Part shown: positions 18,845 to 27,717 of the stretch, in pieces
Layout of the letters: each line of letters opens with the position of its first letter
Numbering within the stretch: the stretch's first letter is position 1
Assembly: GCA_964519225.1 (NCBI GenBank)
Contig: CAZFJK010000008.1
Span: forward strand, 1 to 36,875
From: an uncultured Methanosarcinales archaeon
Lineage (GTDB): Archaea > Nanobdellota > Nanobdellia > Woesearchaeales > B54-G15
Reading direction: 5' to 3'
Length of the DNA stretch: 36,875 nt
The notes under the pieces: generated by a model
What the model saw: only the letters and a program-made list of their open reading frames with translations
Database searches by the model: none
Told to the model about the DNA's origin: nothing
Program-made: the position numbers and the translations under genes

Positions 18845-19750
18845 TTATGTTTGAATTTTTAATCGATTTTCTAAGAGGGCTGTTCCTATACCGTAGCCCA
18901 AATTGAAAAATTGTTCTGATAACACGCCGAATAACTCACTCAAGATGCCGCTTCTTTCATCTTGTTCTTTAAATGATATTTCCTTAACGCCGAGTTCTGT
19001 TTTGAGCAGTTGTTCTGCTGTTTTTAGATCACCAACAGCATCGATGAGGCCAAGATTAAGGGCTTCCTTTCCTAAGAAAAACTTTCCTTGTGAAATTTCT
19101 TCTTTCACTTTTTCTGATAGTTTTCTGTTTTCTACAACGTCTTGAAGAAAGATCTGATGTATTAAATTTATTTTTGAAAGGAGATAAATTCTCTCGTCTT
19201 CGGTAAGTTCTTTTGTGGATTTTCCTGCCTCTTTGAACTTTGCTGATGTAAGCTGTCTATAAGTTATGTTGTATCGTTTTAGCAGACCTGCAAATTCAAG
19301 GTATGAAGCTGTTACGCCAACGCTTCCGATGATTGAAAGTTCGTTCGCTATTATTTTGTCTGCGGCTGACGCTATCCAATAGGCTCCGCTTGCTCCAATT
19401 TCTCTGATTAAAGCATAAACTGGTTTTTGTTTCTGACATCGCTTGACAGCATCCACTATTTCTTTGGACGCAACCGCGCTGCCTCCTGGAGAATTAATCT
19501 CAAGTAAAATTGCTTCGATGGTTGGATCTTCTTCGGCCCCTTCTAATGCCTTAACTATTTTTTCTGAAGATGCTTGTCTAGTAAAACTAAAACCTTCGCT
19601 AGATGTAATGACGCCATCTATCCTAATCAAAGCCACATTGCCACGTATTAAAACAGTCCTTGGGAGGATAAGGATCAAGGCCAAAAGAATGAAAATAGAC
19701 AAAAGTAGAAAAAAGATAAACTTTCCCCTTCGCTTACCTCTTTTTTTCAT
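18845..19750 (-). CDS. sppA: Signal peptide peptidase SppA (S49)
   Basis: N-terminal TM, INSPGGS, ASGAYWIASAAD, GSVGV, LGLID.VG. Confidence 0.95.
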   Translation of the reverse strand: MKKRGKRRGKFIFFLLLSIFILLALILILPRTVLIRGNVALIRIDGVITSSEGFSFTRQASSEKIVKALEGAEEDPTIEAILLEINSPGGSAVASKEIVDAVKRCQKQKPVYALIREIGASGAYWIASAADKIIANELSIIGSVGVTASYLEFAGLLKRYNITYRQLTSAKFKEAGKSTKELTEDERIYLLSKINLIHQIFLQDVVENRKLSEKVKEEISQGKFFLGKEALNLGLIDAVGDLKTAEQLLKTELGVKEISFKEQDERSGILSELFGVLSEQFFNLGYGIGTALLENRLKIQT

Positions 19751-19857
19751 TTTTTTAATACTTTGCTTTTAAAAATATAAAAGCTTTGTTTTCTTTTTTC
19801 CTAGTTTCTTATTTCTTTTCCAAAATACTTATAAATAATTTTGGTTGTTCAATATTT

Positions 19858-20202
19858 ATGAGCAGGAAAAAGCAAAGACAGGCAAGGATTGAAGCTTTAG
19901 AAGCACAAATAGCAAGGATTAAGCTACCAAAAGGAAACGAGTGTTTTGGAATAGTTGAACAGCGCCTTGGTGGTGCAAGAATGCGTGTTAGGTGTCTTGA
20001 TGGTAAGACCAGGATTTGCAGAATTCCAGGAAGCAAAAGAAGATACCTCTGGGTAAGGGAAGGAGATGTTGTTGTGGTTAAACCTTGGGAATTTGGCGGT
20101 GAGGAAAAAGGTGATATTATTCTGAAATACACAAAGGCACAGATAGCTTGGTTGAAAGAAAAAGGTTATCTTGAAAAGATAAAAGAATTCGATGAGTTCT
20201 GA
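19858..20202 (+). CDS. eif1a: Translation initiation factor aIF-1A
   Basis: G.VEQRLG, C.DGKTR.CRIPG, WVREGD.V.V.PW, KGDI...Y; ATG 19858 lies downstream of a TTATAAA box. Confidence 0.96.
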   Translation: MSRKKQRQARIEALEAQIARIKLPKGNECFGIVEQRLGGARMRVRCLDGKTRICRIPGSKRRYLWVREGDVVVVKPWEFGGEEKGDIILKYTKAQIAWLKEKGYLEKIKEFDEF

Positions 20203-20294
20203 TTAGTTTCAAAAAACTTTTGTAAAAATATTAAACATTACTACTCAAGAATAGAAATATTTAAAAAATCTTGAATTGGAAATGGTATGATAAA

Positions 20295-20810
20295 ATGACA
20301 CGAAAAGAAACTGCTGGTATGTTTGTTGCTTCGATGATCGCTCTTGGAAGCATTGTTCCGGTGTTGTTCAAAGAAGGTTTCAGTGAGTTATTTAGGAAAT
20401 TTGAGTTTGTTGCTTTTGGATTCTTCTTGATTTATGCGTTGGTTTGCTTTGGCTTAGGGATCAGTGGTAAAACACGATGGAGGGGTCTTTTTATTTACAA
20501 TGTTCTTTTCACGATAAACTTATTTATGATCTATTCAAGATCATTACAGTTAAGTTTGGTTCTTGCTGGATTAATAATCACAACAGGAGCTTTGCTTTAT
20601 TCTGCCTTGAACATTGAGGAAGAATTTGAAACTGGAACTGAAGAAGAGTTTGAAGAGAAATACATAGCAAAGAAGGGCGGCAAGGTTTATCATGAAGAAT
20701 GGTGCGATAAAGTAGATAAGATAAAGGACGAAGACAAAATAGAGTTTAAAAGTAAGAAAGAAGCAGAGGAAGCTGGATTCAAGCCGTGTAAGGAGTGCGT
20801 AATTGAATAA
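20295..20810 (+). CDS. Membrane protein with a C-terminal Ada-like metal-binding domain
   Basis: Four TM segments, acidic linker, then YH..WC...I...F.S..EA..AGFKPCKEC. Confidence 0.75.
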   Translation: MTRKETAGMFVASMIALGSIVPVLFKEGFSELFRKFEFVAFGFFLIYALVCFGLGISGKTRWRGLFIYNVLFTINLFMIYSRSLQLSLVLAGLIITTGALLYSALNIEEEFETGTEEEFEEKYIAKKGGKVYHEEWCDKVDKIKDEDKIEFKSKKEAEEAGFKPCKECVIE

Positions 20811-21183
20811 GCAACAGTATTACGCCGAAGGTGATTGCTATATCTGCTATATTAAAAGCGGGCCATATTCTTAAATCAATATAATCAATTACATAGCCTA
20901 GGGCTAATCGGTCAATCAAATTAGATATGATTCCAGAAAGTAGAATGCTAAATGCAAAAGGATTTATTTTGTCAAAAAAAATCAAGAGCAGCCCTATCGC
21001 GATAAAGCTGAGGTAGATAAAAGCAGATGTTTGCCCTTGGAAAAGACCGAATAAAGAGCCAGTGTTTTTGATCGGGTTTTTAATTGAGTGTTTTATGATT
21101 TGATCCAAAATTGTAATAAAGAAAAAGAGAAGAATCGCGATTATTTTTATGGTTTTTTTTGATTTAATAATACTTGTATTCAT
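20779..21183 (-). CDS. lspA: Lipoprotein signal peptidase (signal peptidase II, A8 family)
   Basis: DQ..K, NTG..FG, G..SNLIDR...G.VIDYI, W.AFNIAD..I with both catalytic Asp present; start codon uncertain. Confidence 0.88.
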   Translation of the reverse strand: MNTSIIKSKKTIKIIAILLFFFITILDQIIKHSIKNPIKNTGSLFGLFQGQTSAFIYLSFIAIGLLLIFFDKINPFAFSILLSGIISNLIDRLALGYVIDYIDLRIWPAFNIADIAITFGVILLLIQLRTPYTA

Positions 21184-21493
21184 GTTCTTTGCTTTCTTGG
21201 GCAAGCCGTTCGAGAGCTGCCAATCTTTGATGAATACTTTCAAGCAGTGCTTTCAACGCATCAAGTTTTGCATTTAAAACCTCTATGTCTTTGCTTGTAG
21301 CAACACCCGATTCTGCTCTTTGCATTAAAGGTGCAAGCTCTGTTGAAGCTTGTGCAGGTGCTGGAGCTGGATGCGATGGCAACCCAAATTCCTCTGTTGC
21401 AGGCGGCAATCCTGTTGGGTATTCTGGCATTGCAGCCGGAGAGATCTCTTCTTTTTTCTTTTTCTTTTTTCCGAACAAACCGAAAAATGCCAT
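21164..21493 (-). CDS. Hypothetical protein: Pro-rich linker and C-terminal coiled coil
   Basis: MAFFGLFGKKKK N-terminus, P/A-rich middle, heptad KDIEVLNAKLDALKALLESIHQRLAALE. Confidence 0.7.
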   Translation of the reverse strand: MAFFGLFGKKKKKKEEISPAAMPEYPTGLPPATEEFGLPSHPAPAPAQASTELAPLMQRAESGVATSKDIEVLNAKLDALKALLESIHQRLAALERLAQESKEHEYKYY

Positions 21494-21502
21494 TTTTAAA
21501 TT

Positions 21503-22234
21503 TTAACCGAATATCTTAGCGAACTTGTTTAGTACAGCATTCGGGATGAATTTTATTGCTTTGAAAGCAGGTGTTTCTGGATAAACAGTTAATTTTTTTT
21601 CTTTTATTGCTTCAAATATATAACTTTTATCTCCTTTGAATATTTGTTGAACAGCCAGTGCGAATAACAAACCTTTGAAAGCCGTTTCATCCTTGATATC
21701 TTTTGTTAGTTCATTTCGCATTCTGTTACTAGCTTCTTCTATATCGGGAATTTGCTTTGTCGAGATTAAGTATGCAATTGTATCGTTGACTGGGTCTATG
21801 CTTTCAAATAAAGCAATAAATGGTTGTTTTTCAAAATTAAAATCATTAAAAGAAATTGTGCTTGGCAGATCATCAAATACCTTGCTTGATAAGATAAAAA
21901 GCTTATAATTGTTTTCAGCTAGTTTTTTGTAATCACTGTTTGCTTCTTTTATGTCTTTTTCTGAGAATAGGGTTGGCTTTTCAGCACTAGAAAAAGCTGC
22001 GCTAAATCCTGCGATAAACTTGTCATTTTTTGATAGGAGGAATGCATTTTGACTCGTTCCTAGATGCTGCTGAAGATCGAGTATGTCTTTATAGATAAGG
22101 TAGCCATTGTATCCTAAAAAGAGCATGGACAACAAAAGGAGAAAAATGATAACCAAAAGAATTTTTTTAATGAATTTAATAATAACAACTGCAAGCAAGA
22201 TGACGATTACTAAAGCAAGGGCATATGGAATCAT
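21503..22234 (-). CDS. Hypothetical membrane-anchored protein
   Basis: 243-aa ORF with two N-terminal hydrophobic helices; operon-like spacing with its neighbours. Confidence 0.7.
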   Translation of the reverse strand: MIPYALALVIVILLAVVIIKFIKKILLVIIFLLLLSMLFLGYNGYLIYKDILDLQQHLGTSQNAFLLSKNDKFIAGFSAAFSSAEKPTLFSEKDIKEANSDYKKLAENNYKLFILSSKVFDDLPSTISFNDFNFEKQPFIALFESIDPVNDTIAYLISTKQIPDIEEASNRMRNELTKDIKDETAFKGLLFALAVQQIFKGDKSYIFEAIKEKKLTVYPETPAFKAIKFIPNAVLNKFAKIFG

Positions 22235-22255
22235 AGAATTGAAATAAAAAAAGAG

Positions 22256-22894
22256 TTATATAAATCTTTTGCAGAACTTGCATAGTCTTCTTATCGGACA
22301 GGAAGCGCATATCGGCTTTTTTCTGCAAAATCGTTTTGCCAGCTCAACAAGAAGTGCATGATATTCTTTGAAGAGTTCTTGGTCAGCAGAAAGAGATTTA
22401 TGAAAAAGAGTTTGAAGTTCTGTATAGTTTTCATCGCCTTTGATTAGACCAAGTCTTGATAGGATTCTTCGTGTGTAAGCATCAATAACGAAGTATGGTT
22501 TGTTGAATGCATATAGCAGAATTGAATCTGCTGTTTCAGGGCCAATTCCTTTCATGGCTAATAATTGCTCCCGTGTTGGAGGGGATTTGTTCTTTATAAA
22601 GAATTTTGCAGCTAAAATCAATCGTTCTGCCTTTTGATTGTAATATCCTGCTGGTCTGATAAGGGTTGCTAATTTTTCTTTCTTTGTCTTTGTAAGCTTT
22701 TTTGGATCAAGGAGATTCTCTGCCAAAAGGTTATCGATTGCTTTCTCTACATTCCGCCATGCTGTGTTTTGTGTTAGGATGGCACCTACAATTATTTCGA
22801 ATCGCTTGTTCTTTTTTGTTTTTGTAGGCCACCATTTTTGGTACCCAAAATGTTTTAAGAGTTGATTGTATAGGGTAAGGAGTTTTTTCTTCAT
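22256..22894 (-). CDS. Endonuclease III-related HhH-GPD DNA glycosylase with a 4Fe-4S motif
   Basis: WWP, EIIVGAILTQNTAW.NV, HhH GIGPETADSILLYA, VIDAY, C-x6-C-x2-C-x5-C. Confidence 0.92.
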   Translation of the reverse strand: MKKKLLTLYNQLLKHFGYQKWWPTKTKKNKRFEIIVGAILTQNTAWRNVEKAIDNLLAENLLDPKKLTKTKKEKLATLIRPAGYYNQKAERLILAAKFFIKNKSPPTREQLLAMKGIGPETADSILLYAFNKPYFVIDAYTRRILSRLGLIKGDENYTELQTLFHKSLSADQELFKEYHALLVELAKRFCRKKPICASCPIRRLCKFCKRFI

Positions 22895-22945
22895 GTTTAT
22901 TGCAAAAAATAAATTATTTTAAAATAATTTCCCAACTTTTCTTTG

Positions 22946-25072
22946 ATGTATGTTATAGCTGATGTTTTCTTAAGACAGGGAAATGTTTATTTAATGTTAA
23001 GAAACGAAGAGAAAACTATTTGTAAAATATGTTTTCCTTTTTACAGAGCATTCAGTTGCTGTATTGACAAAATTGATGGCGATGCGCTTGAGAACTTAGG
23101 AAATGATTTTCGATATGCTACAGGCGATTATAAAGGATGGATTGTCGCGAGGAGCAGTGCAAAGGCAAGAGCGTTGCTTAGAAAACAAGGAATAAAAACG
23201 TCGCATGATTTAGATTTAATAAGATGGTTTGTTGCAGAACAATGTATGAAAGTGCAATTCAGCAGCGAGGTTCATTCTGCTCTAGAAGAGCTTGTTAAAG
23301 GGAATGTTGATAAAGCCAGAGAAGTGCTTAAAAATTATGGCTACGGTGAGATTAGAAAAAGAAAAGGAATGTGTGAGATTATGCTCGGGAGCGAAGGATG
23401 TTTGAAAGAAAAAGCGCGTTTAACGCGTGATGAATTTTTAGCTATGTCAAGTTTGTTTATAGACATTGAAGTTCCCTTGTTTATGGAAGAAGACTATACA
23501 ATAAGATGGGTTGGCTGTCTTTATGTTTTTGGAAACCAACGCGAATATAGAATATTTACATTAAACGATATAAGAGGCATAAATTGTTCTAACTTGGATT
23601 TAGAGAATATAGTTATTCAAAGAGCAGGGAATGAAAAAGAGATGATAGGACTAGTTAGAGACTATATTCTTGAAAAAGATCCTTTTGTGGTTTATGTTTA
23701 TAACGCTGCTTTTGACCTCATCGAGTTGCGGGATAGGGGTGATTTTAGGCCTGGCTGGGAAAAAAGCAAACCCAGCTATCAAAGCAGAATTAAGTTTTTT
23801 GAACGGTTCAAAATGAGGGGAAGATTAATTATAGACCTACTTTCTTGGGCAAAGATTGCACTCGGTTTTCTGCCGGATAAAAAGCTCGATACAGTAGCTC
23901 GGTATTTCACGATAGGAAAAAAAGGATTAGACTATGAGGAACTTGCTGCTTATGAAAAAGCTGTAATTGATGGCAATGTAGAAAAAGGACATACAATCGT
24001 TGAATATCTGCTTGGAGATTTGGAGTTATTAAAAAGATTGATTGAGACAGAACATTACAAAAAATATCTTGATTTTGCTTTCAGAGTTGCGCCTTTTGGC
24101 CCCACATTGAGCAAATTGATGCACTCGCACGAAGCTTTATTTGATTGCGTCAGAAAAGAATTTTATGAGATGGAAGGGAGATTTTTCGAGGAAGTATTCA
24201 GGCGAACAAAGAATGATTTTGAATTGATGAAAGAAAACAAGCAAAAATTTGCAAGGATTTTTTCAGGCATGTTTAAATTAAGGCCCGGTGTTTACAAATC
24301 GGCGTTTTTATGTTATGCTCCGATCGGTATAGAACTAGCAAAAGAATTAACTAAGAGATATCCTAAATTAAAAGAGCTATTGGAGATATACAGGAATGCT
24401 GAAGATTGGAGAGAACGCTATTTTCTTTCTTTGCAACTGTACGGAGCTTGTAGGCGTCTTGTAGACGATTACATTAGAGCGCTCTTTGGAAAGCTCTCGC
24501 ATAAAAAGTTTAACAAAAGATATTTCACATCTGTGAGAAAGATAAATCAGATTCTGAGGGAATTTGCTGAAAAGCTTGAAGAAACTGTGCTACATGCACG
24601 AGGATTTTATTGCATTTGTGAAAAGCCAAGCAACGGCAAAACATTGGAAGTTATCGCTTTGCGTGAATTGAGGAATGTTGTAATAACACAAAAAGGATTT
24701 GTTTATTACGTTGATGACAGAACGGTATTTAGAGGAAGAAGAAGGTTAGAAGGAGAACTAAATGAATGTATTGGAGAAGTGATAAATTACTTAGTTGGGG
24801 GAAAGTTAAGGGATGCTGCTCTTTCAGCTTTTGGTTGGATTGACTATTTTAGAAGCGAAGTTCCTGAAAGAGAAGAACAAAATGAGATTCAGGCGGGAGT
24901 GGTATTAAAATCGAAAAGAAATTTAGATTACGCTGAACGTTTTTTAACCGAGCTTTTGGAAACAATATTTCCAATAAAGGTTGCGAGGATGATTCTTGAT
25001 AAGAATACTGAAGCAGAGGAGCTTAAAAAGATGCTTACCAGAAAGAGGATAAACCAAAAAAGGCTTTTCTAA
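22946..25072 (+). CDS. PolB-like protein with an intact DEDDy 3'-5' exonuclease domain and a degenerate polymerase region
   Basis: ExoI FIDIE, E.EMI...I...DP, ExoII YN.AFD, GR..IDL, KLD.VA, ExoIII Y...D; no D..SLYP or YGDTD motif; ends QKRLF. Confidence 0.75.
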   Translation: MYVIADVFLRQGNVYLMLRNEEKTICKICFPFYRAFSCCIDKIDGDALENLGNDFRYATGDYKGWIVARSSAKARALLRKQGIKTSHDLDLIRWFVAEQCMKVQFSSEVHSALEELVKGNVDKAREVLKNYGYGEIRKRKGMCEIMLGSEGCLKEKARLTRDEFLAMSSLFIDIEVPLFMEEDYTIRWVGCLYVFGNQREYRIFTLNDIRGINCSNLDLENIVIQRAGNEKEMIGLVRDYILEKDPFVVYVYNAAFDLIELRDRGDFRPGWEKSKPSYQSRIKFFERFKMRGRLIIDLLSWAKIALGFLPDKKLDTVARYFTIGKKGLDYEELAAYEKAVIDGNVEKGHTIVEYLLGDLELLKRLIETEHYKKYLDFAFRVAPFGPTLSKLMHSHEALFDCVRKEFYEMEGRFFEEVFRRTKNDFELMKENKQKFARIFSGMFKLRPGVYKSAFLCYAPIGIELAKELTKRYPKLKELLEIYRNAEDWRERYFLSLQLYGACRRLVDDYIRALFGKLSHKKFNKRYFTSVRKINQILREFAEKLEETVLHARGFYCICEKPSNGKTLEVIALRELRNVVITQKGFVYYVDDRTVFRGRRRLEGELNECIGEVINYLVGGKLRDAALSAFGWIDYFRSEVPEREEQNEIQAGVVLKSKRNLDYAERFLTELLETIFPIKVARMILDKNTEAEELKKMLTRKRINQKRLF

Positions 25073-25338
25073 TTTGTTTTAACGTTTATATTATGTTTTT
25101 TGTAAAATGGTACATCTACTTTTTTGAGACGCTCGTAGACTGATGGATAATCTTCCCATGGGAGATATTCTCTTCCAATAGGATTGCTTCTAATCCAGTA
25201 TTCTACTTCAGCAAACTTTTTTCTTTCTTCGCCATCAAAATCTGTAAACGCAAGTTCTTGAATAACGATTATCGTTAATGTTTTGCTCTTAGCATTTTCT
25301 AATTCACGTAAAACATCAAAGTGAATAACAGAATTCAT
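25069..25338 (-). CDS. Hypothetical protein
   Basis: 89-aa ORF whose ATG overlaps the S8e stop (ATGA) and which fills the gap up to the convergent gene. Confidence 0.6.
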   Translation of the reverse strand: MNSVIHFDVLRELENAKSKTLTIIVIQELAFTDFDGEERKKFAEVEYWIRSNPIGREYLPWEDYPSVYERLKKVDVPFYKKHNINVKTN

Positions 25339-25712
25339 TTTATCAAAACAGCATTTATTGTTCCTTCTTGACTTGGTCTATTTGTTATTTTGGCTTTCCC
25401 AAGCTCTGTTTCGATTACTGCTCCTTTTGTAATTATGTTCCTTCTGACGAAGTGAGGGTTTGCTTTGTTTTCAAGAATAGACAGAATTTTTGCTTTTTTT
25501 GCTTTTTTTGCTTTGGGATCATAGACATTTGCGAAATCCAAAGAAACAACTTTTGGCTTTAGGTTTCCTCCACGTACTCTAACGATTTTAATTTTTTTGT
25601 CGCCGAGTTTTGCAAAAGAAGGTCTATTGCCCATTTCTGTTTTTCTTTTCTTTCTATCTTTTTTGTACCTTCCTCCTGTTGGTTTTCTTTTGCTTCGACG
25701 TTGTGAAATCAT
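25335..25712 (-). CDS. rps8e: 30S ribosomal protein S8e
   Basis: RSKRKPTGG, RVRGGN.K, N..FVRRNIITKGAVIET..G.A.IT.RP.QEG.INAVL. Confidence 0.97.
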   Translation of the reverse strand: MISQRRSKRKPTGGRYKKDRKKRKTEMGNRPSFAKLGDKKIKIVRVRGGNLKPKVVSLDFANVYDPKAKKAKKAKILSILENKANPHFVRRNIITKGAVIETELGKAKITNRPSQEGTINAVLIK

Positions 25713-25778
25713 TTGAAAACGGAAACTTTAAATACAAATAAAAATTTTTTGGTTTCATAGTTCAAATAGGGGGTTGGA

Positions 25779-26012
25779 ATGGCCGAACAAATGAGACCTT
25801 TGGATGCGCTTAACAAAGCGTTAGGAAAAAGAACGATGGTAGAACTAAAGAATGGACGACGGTATACTGGTGTACTTAGGGCATTTGATATACATATAAA
25901 TATTGTGCTAGAAAATGCAGAAGAGTTTATTGAAGGTGAGCTACAAAGAAAATTGGGAACTGTGTTTATAAGGGGTGATACCATTACAATTATATCACCA
26001 AGCGAAGAATAA
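25779..26012 (+). CDS. Sm-like (Lsm/SmAP1) RNA-binding protein
   Basis: RPLD.L, VELKNG, G.L.AFD.H.NIVL..AEE, FIRGD; upstream of L37e as is typical in archaea. Confidence 0.95.
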   Translation: MAEQMRPLDALNKALGKRTMVELKNGRRYTGVLRAFDIHINIVLENAEEFIEGELQRKLGTVFIRGDTITIISPSEE

Positions 26013-26035
26013 AGAACCAATTTCTCTTAGTTAAA

Positions 26036-26200
26036 ATGGCGAAGGGAACTCCAAGCATGGGTAAGAAAAGCAAAGGAAAAACACATATTAGATGCAGGAG
26101 GTGCGGTAGAAGAACGTATCATATCAGGAAAAAGAAATGCGCCAGCTGTGGTTATCCAAATAAAAGAATAAGAACATATAGCTGGAAAAAAGAGAAATAA
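26036..26200 (+). CDS. rpl37e: 50S ribosomal protein L37e (54 aa, missing from the ORF track)
   Basis: Translated by hand: [54 protein letters not shown]. Confidence 0.97.
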   Translation: MAKGTPSMGKKSKGKTHIRCRRCGRRTYHIRKKKCASCGYPNKRIRTYSWKKEK

Positions 26201-26246
26201 GAATTCTGATAAATTTTATATAAGACTGCGCTTTCTCACTTTTGGA

Positions 26247-27716
26247 ATGACTGAAGAAGCACTGATAAAAGAACGCTTAAAAAAGCTTGAAGCAATTAAA
26301 AAGCTCGGGATAAATCCATATCCGTACAAATTTCTTGTAAATGGAAAGGCAGCCGAACTGAAAAGAGAATACGAGCGACTGAAGGAAGGCGAAAGAAGCG
26401 AAGAAATCTATTCTGTTGCTGGAAGGCTTATGTCTTTAAGAATAATGGGTGGCGCTAGCTTTGGGCATATTGAAGATTTTAGTGGAAGGATTCAGTTTTA
26501 TATCAGAAGGGATGAAGGTAAAAAGCAATACAAACTTCTTAATTTGCTTGATGTTGGTGATATCATTGGCGTTGAGGGACATGTCTTCAAAACAAAGACA
26601 GGAGAAGTAACTGTTTGGACAAAAAAGTTGGTACTTTTAGCTAAAGGCTTGAGGCCATTGCCAGAAAAATGGCACGGATTAAAAGATCCAGAAATAAGAT
26701 ACAGACAAAGATATTTAGACTTGATTATGAATAAAGATGTGAAAGAAAGATTCGTTAAGAGGACACAGATAATAAATGCGGTTAGGGAATTTCTGAATCT
26801 TCAGGGCTTTCATGAAGTTGAAACCCCAATACTGCAGACTGCTTATGGTGGTGCTGCAGCAGAACCTTTTATTACACATTTGAATGCGCTTGACATGGAT
26901 CTCTTTCTGAGTATTTCACCAGAGCTTTATTTAAAGCGCTTGCTTGTCGGCGGATACGAAAAGATTTATACTATATGCAAAAATTTTAGGAATGAAGGTA
27001 TTGACAGGACGCATAATCCTGAATTCACAATGATGGAATGTTATCAGGCATATGCTGATTATGAAGATATGATGAAATTGACCGAAGAACTGGTAGAGTA
27101 CGTTGTTAAGAAAATAAATGATGGAAAGACGAAAGTTAAGTACGGAGATTATAATCTCGATTTCAAAACGCCATGGAAAAGGATGCATATGGCTGCTGCA
27201 ATCAAAAAGCTTACTAAAGTAGATGTAAATAAACTGAAGGACAGGGAATTAAAGGATATTGCGGCAGAAATGGGTGTGCAGTTTGAGAGAAATGCCACAA
27301 GAGATGAAATAGTTGATGAGATATTTCAGCAGAAGGTCCAGGAACATCTGATTCAACCAACGTTCATAACAGATTATCCAAAAAGCATTTGTCCATTAAC
27401 AAAAGCGCATCGAAAGAATCCTGCTCTTGCTGAAAGGTTTGAAAGTTTTGTTTGTGGAATGGAGTTGGCTAATGCATATAGCGAGTTAAATGACCCGGTT
27501 GAGCAAAGAAAACGATTTGAAGAGCAAGAAAAAGAACGAAAGAAAGGAAAAACAGGGGCTTATCCAGCAGATTATGATTTCATAACAGCACTTGAATACG
27601 GAATGCCTCCTACCGGCGGCCTAGGCATAGGAATTGATAGATTGGTTATGCTATTGACGAATGCATCCAGCATTAGAGAAGTTATTTTCTTTCCTTTGCT
27701 CAAACCGAAAAAATAG
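26247..27716 (+). CDS. lysS: Lysine--tRNA ligase, class II
   Basis: OB-fold N-terminus, RYRQRYLDL, PELYLKRL.VGG, FRNEGID.THNPEFT, GMPPTGG.GIGIDRL. Confidence 0.97.
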   Translation: MTEEALIKERLKKLEAIKKLGINPYPYKFLVNGKAAELKREYERLKEGERSEEIYSVAGRLMSLRIMGGASFGHIEDFSGRIQFYIRRDEGKKQYKLLNLLDVGDIIGVEGHVFKTKTGEVTVWTKKLVLLAKGLRPLPEKWHGLKDPEIRYRQRYLDLIMNKDVKERFVKRTQIINAVREFLNLQGFHEVETPILQTAYGGAAAEPFITHLNALDMDLFLSISPELYLKRLLVGGYEKIYTICKNFRNEGIDRTHNPEFTMMECYQAYADYEDMMKLTEELVEYVVKKINDGKTKVKYGDYNLDFKTPWKRMHMAAAIKKLTKVDVNKLKDRELKDIAAEMGVQFERNATRDEIVDEIFQQKVQEHLIQPTFITDYPKSICPLTKAHRKNPALAERFESFVCGMELANAYSELNDPVEQRKRFEEQEKERKKGKTGAYPADYDFITALEYGMPPTGGLGIGIDRLVMLLTNASSIREVIFFPLLKPKK

Positions 27717-27717
27717 A

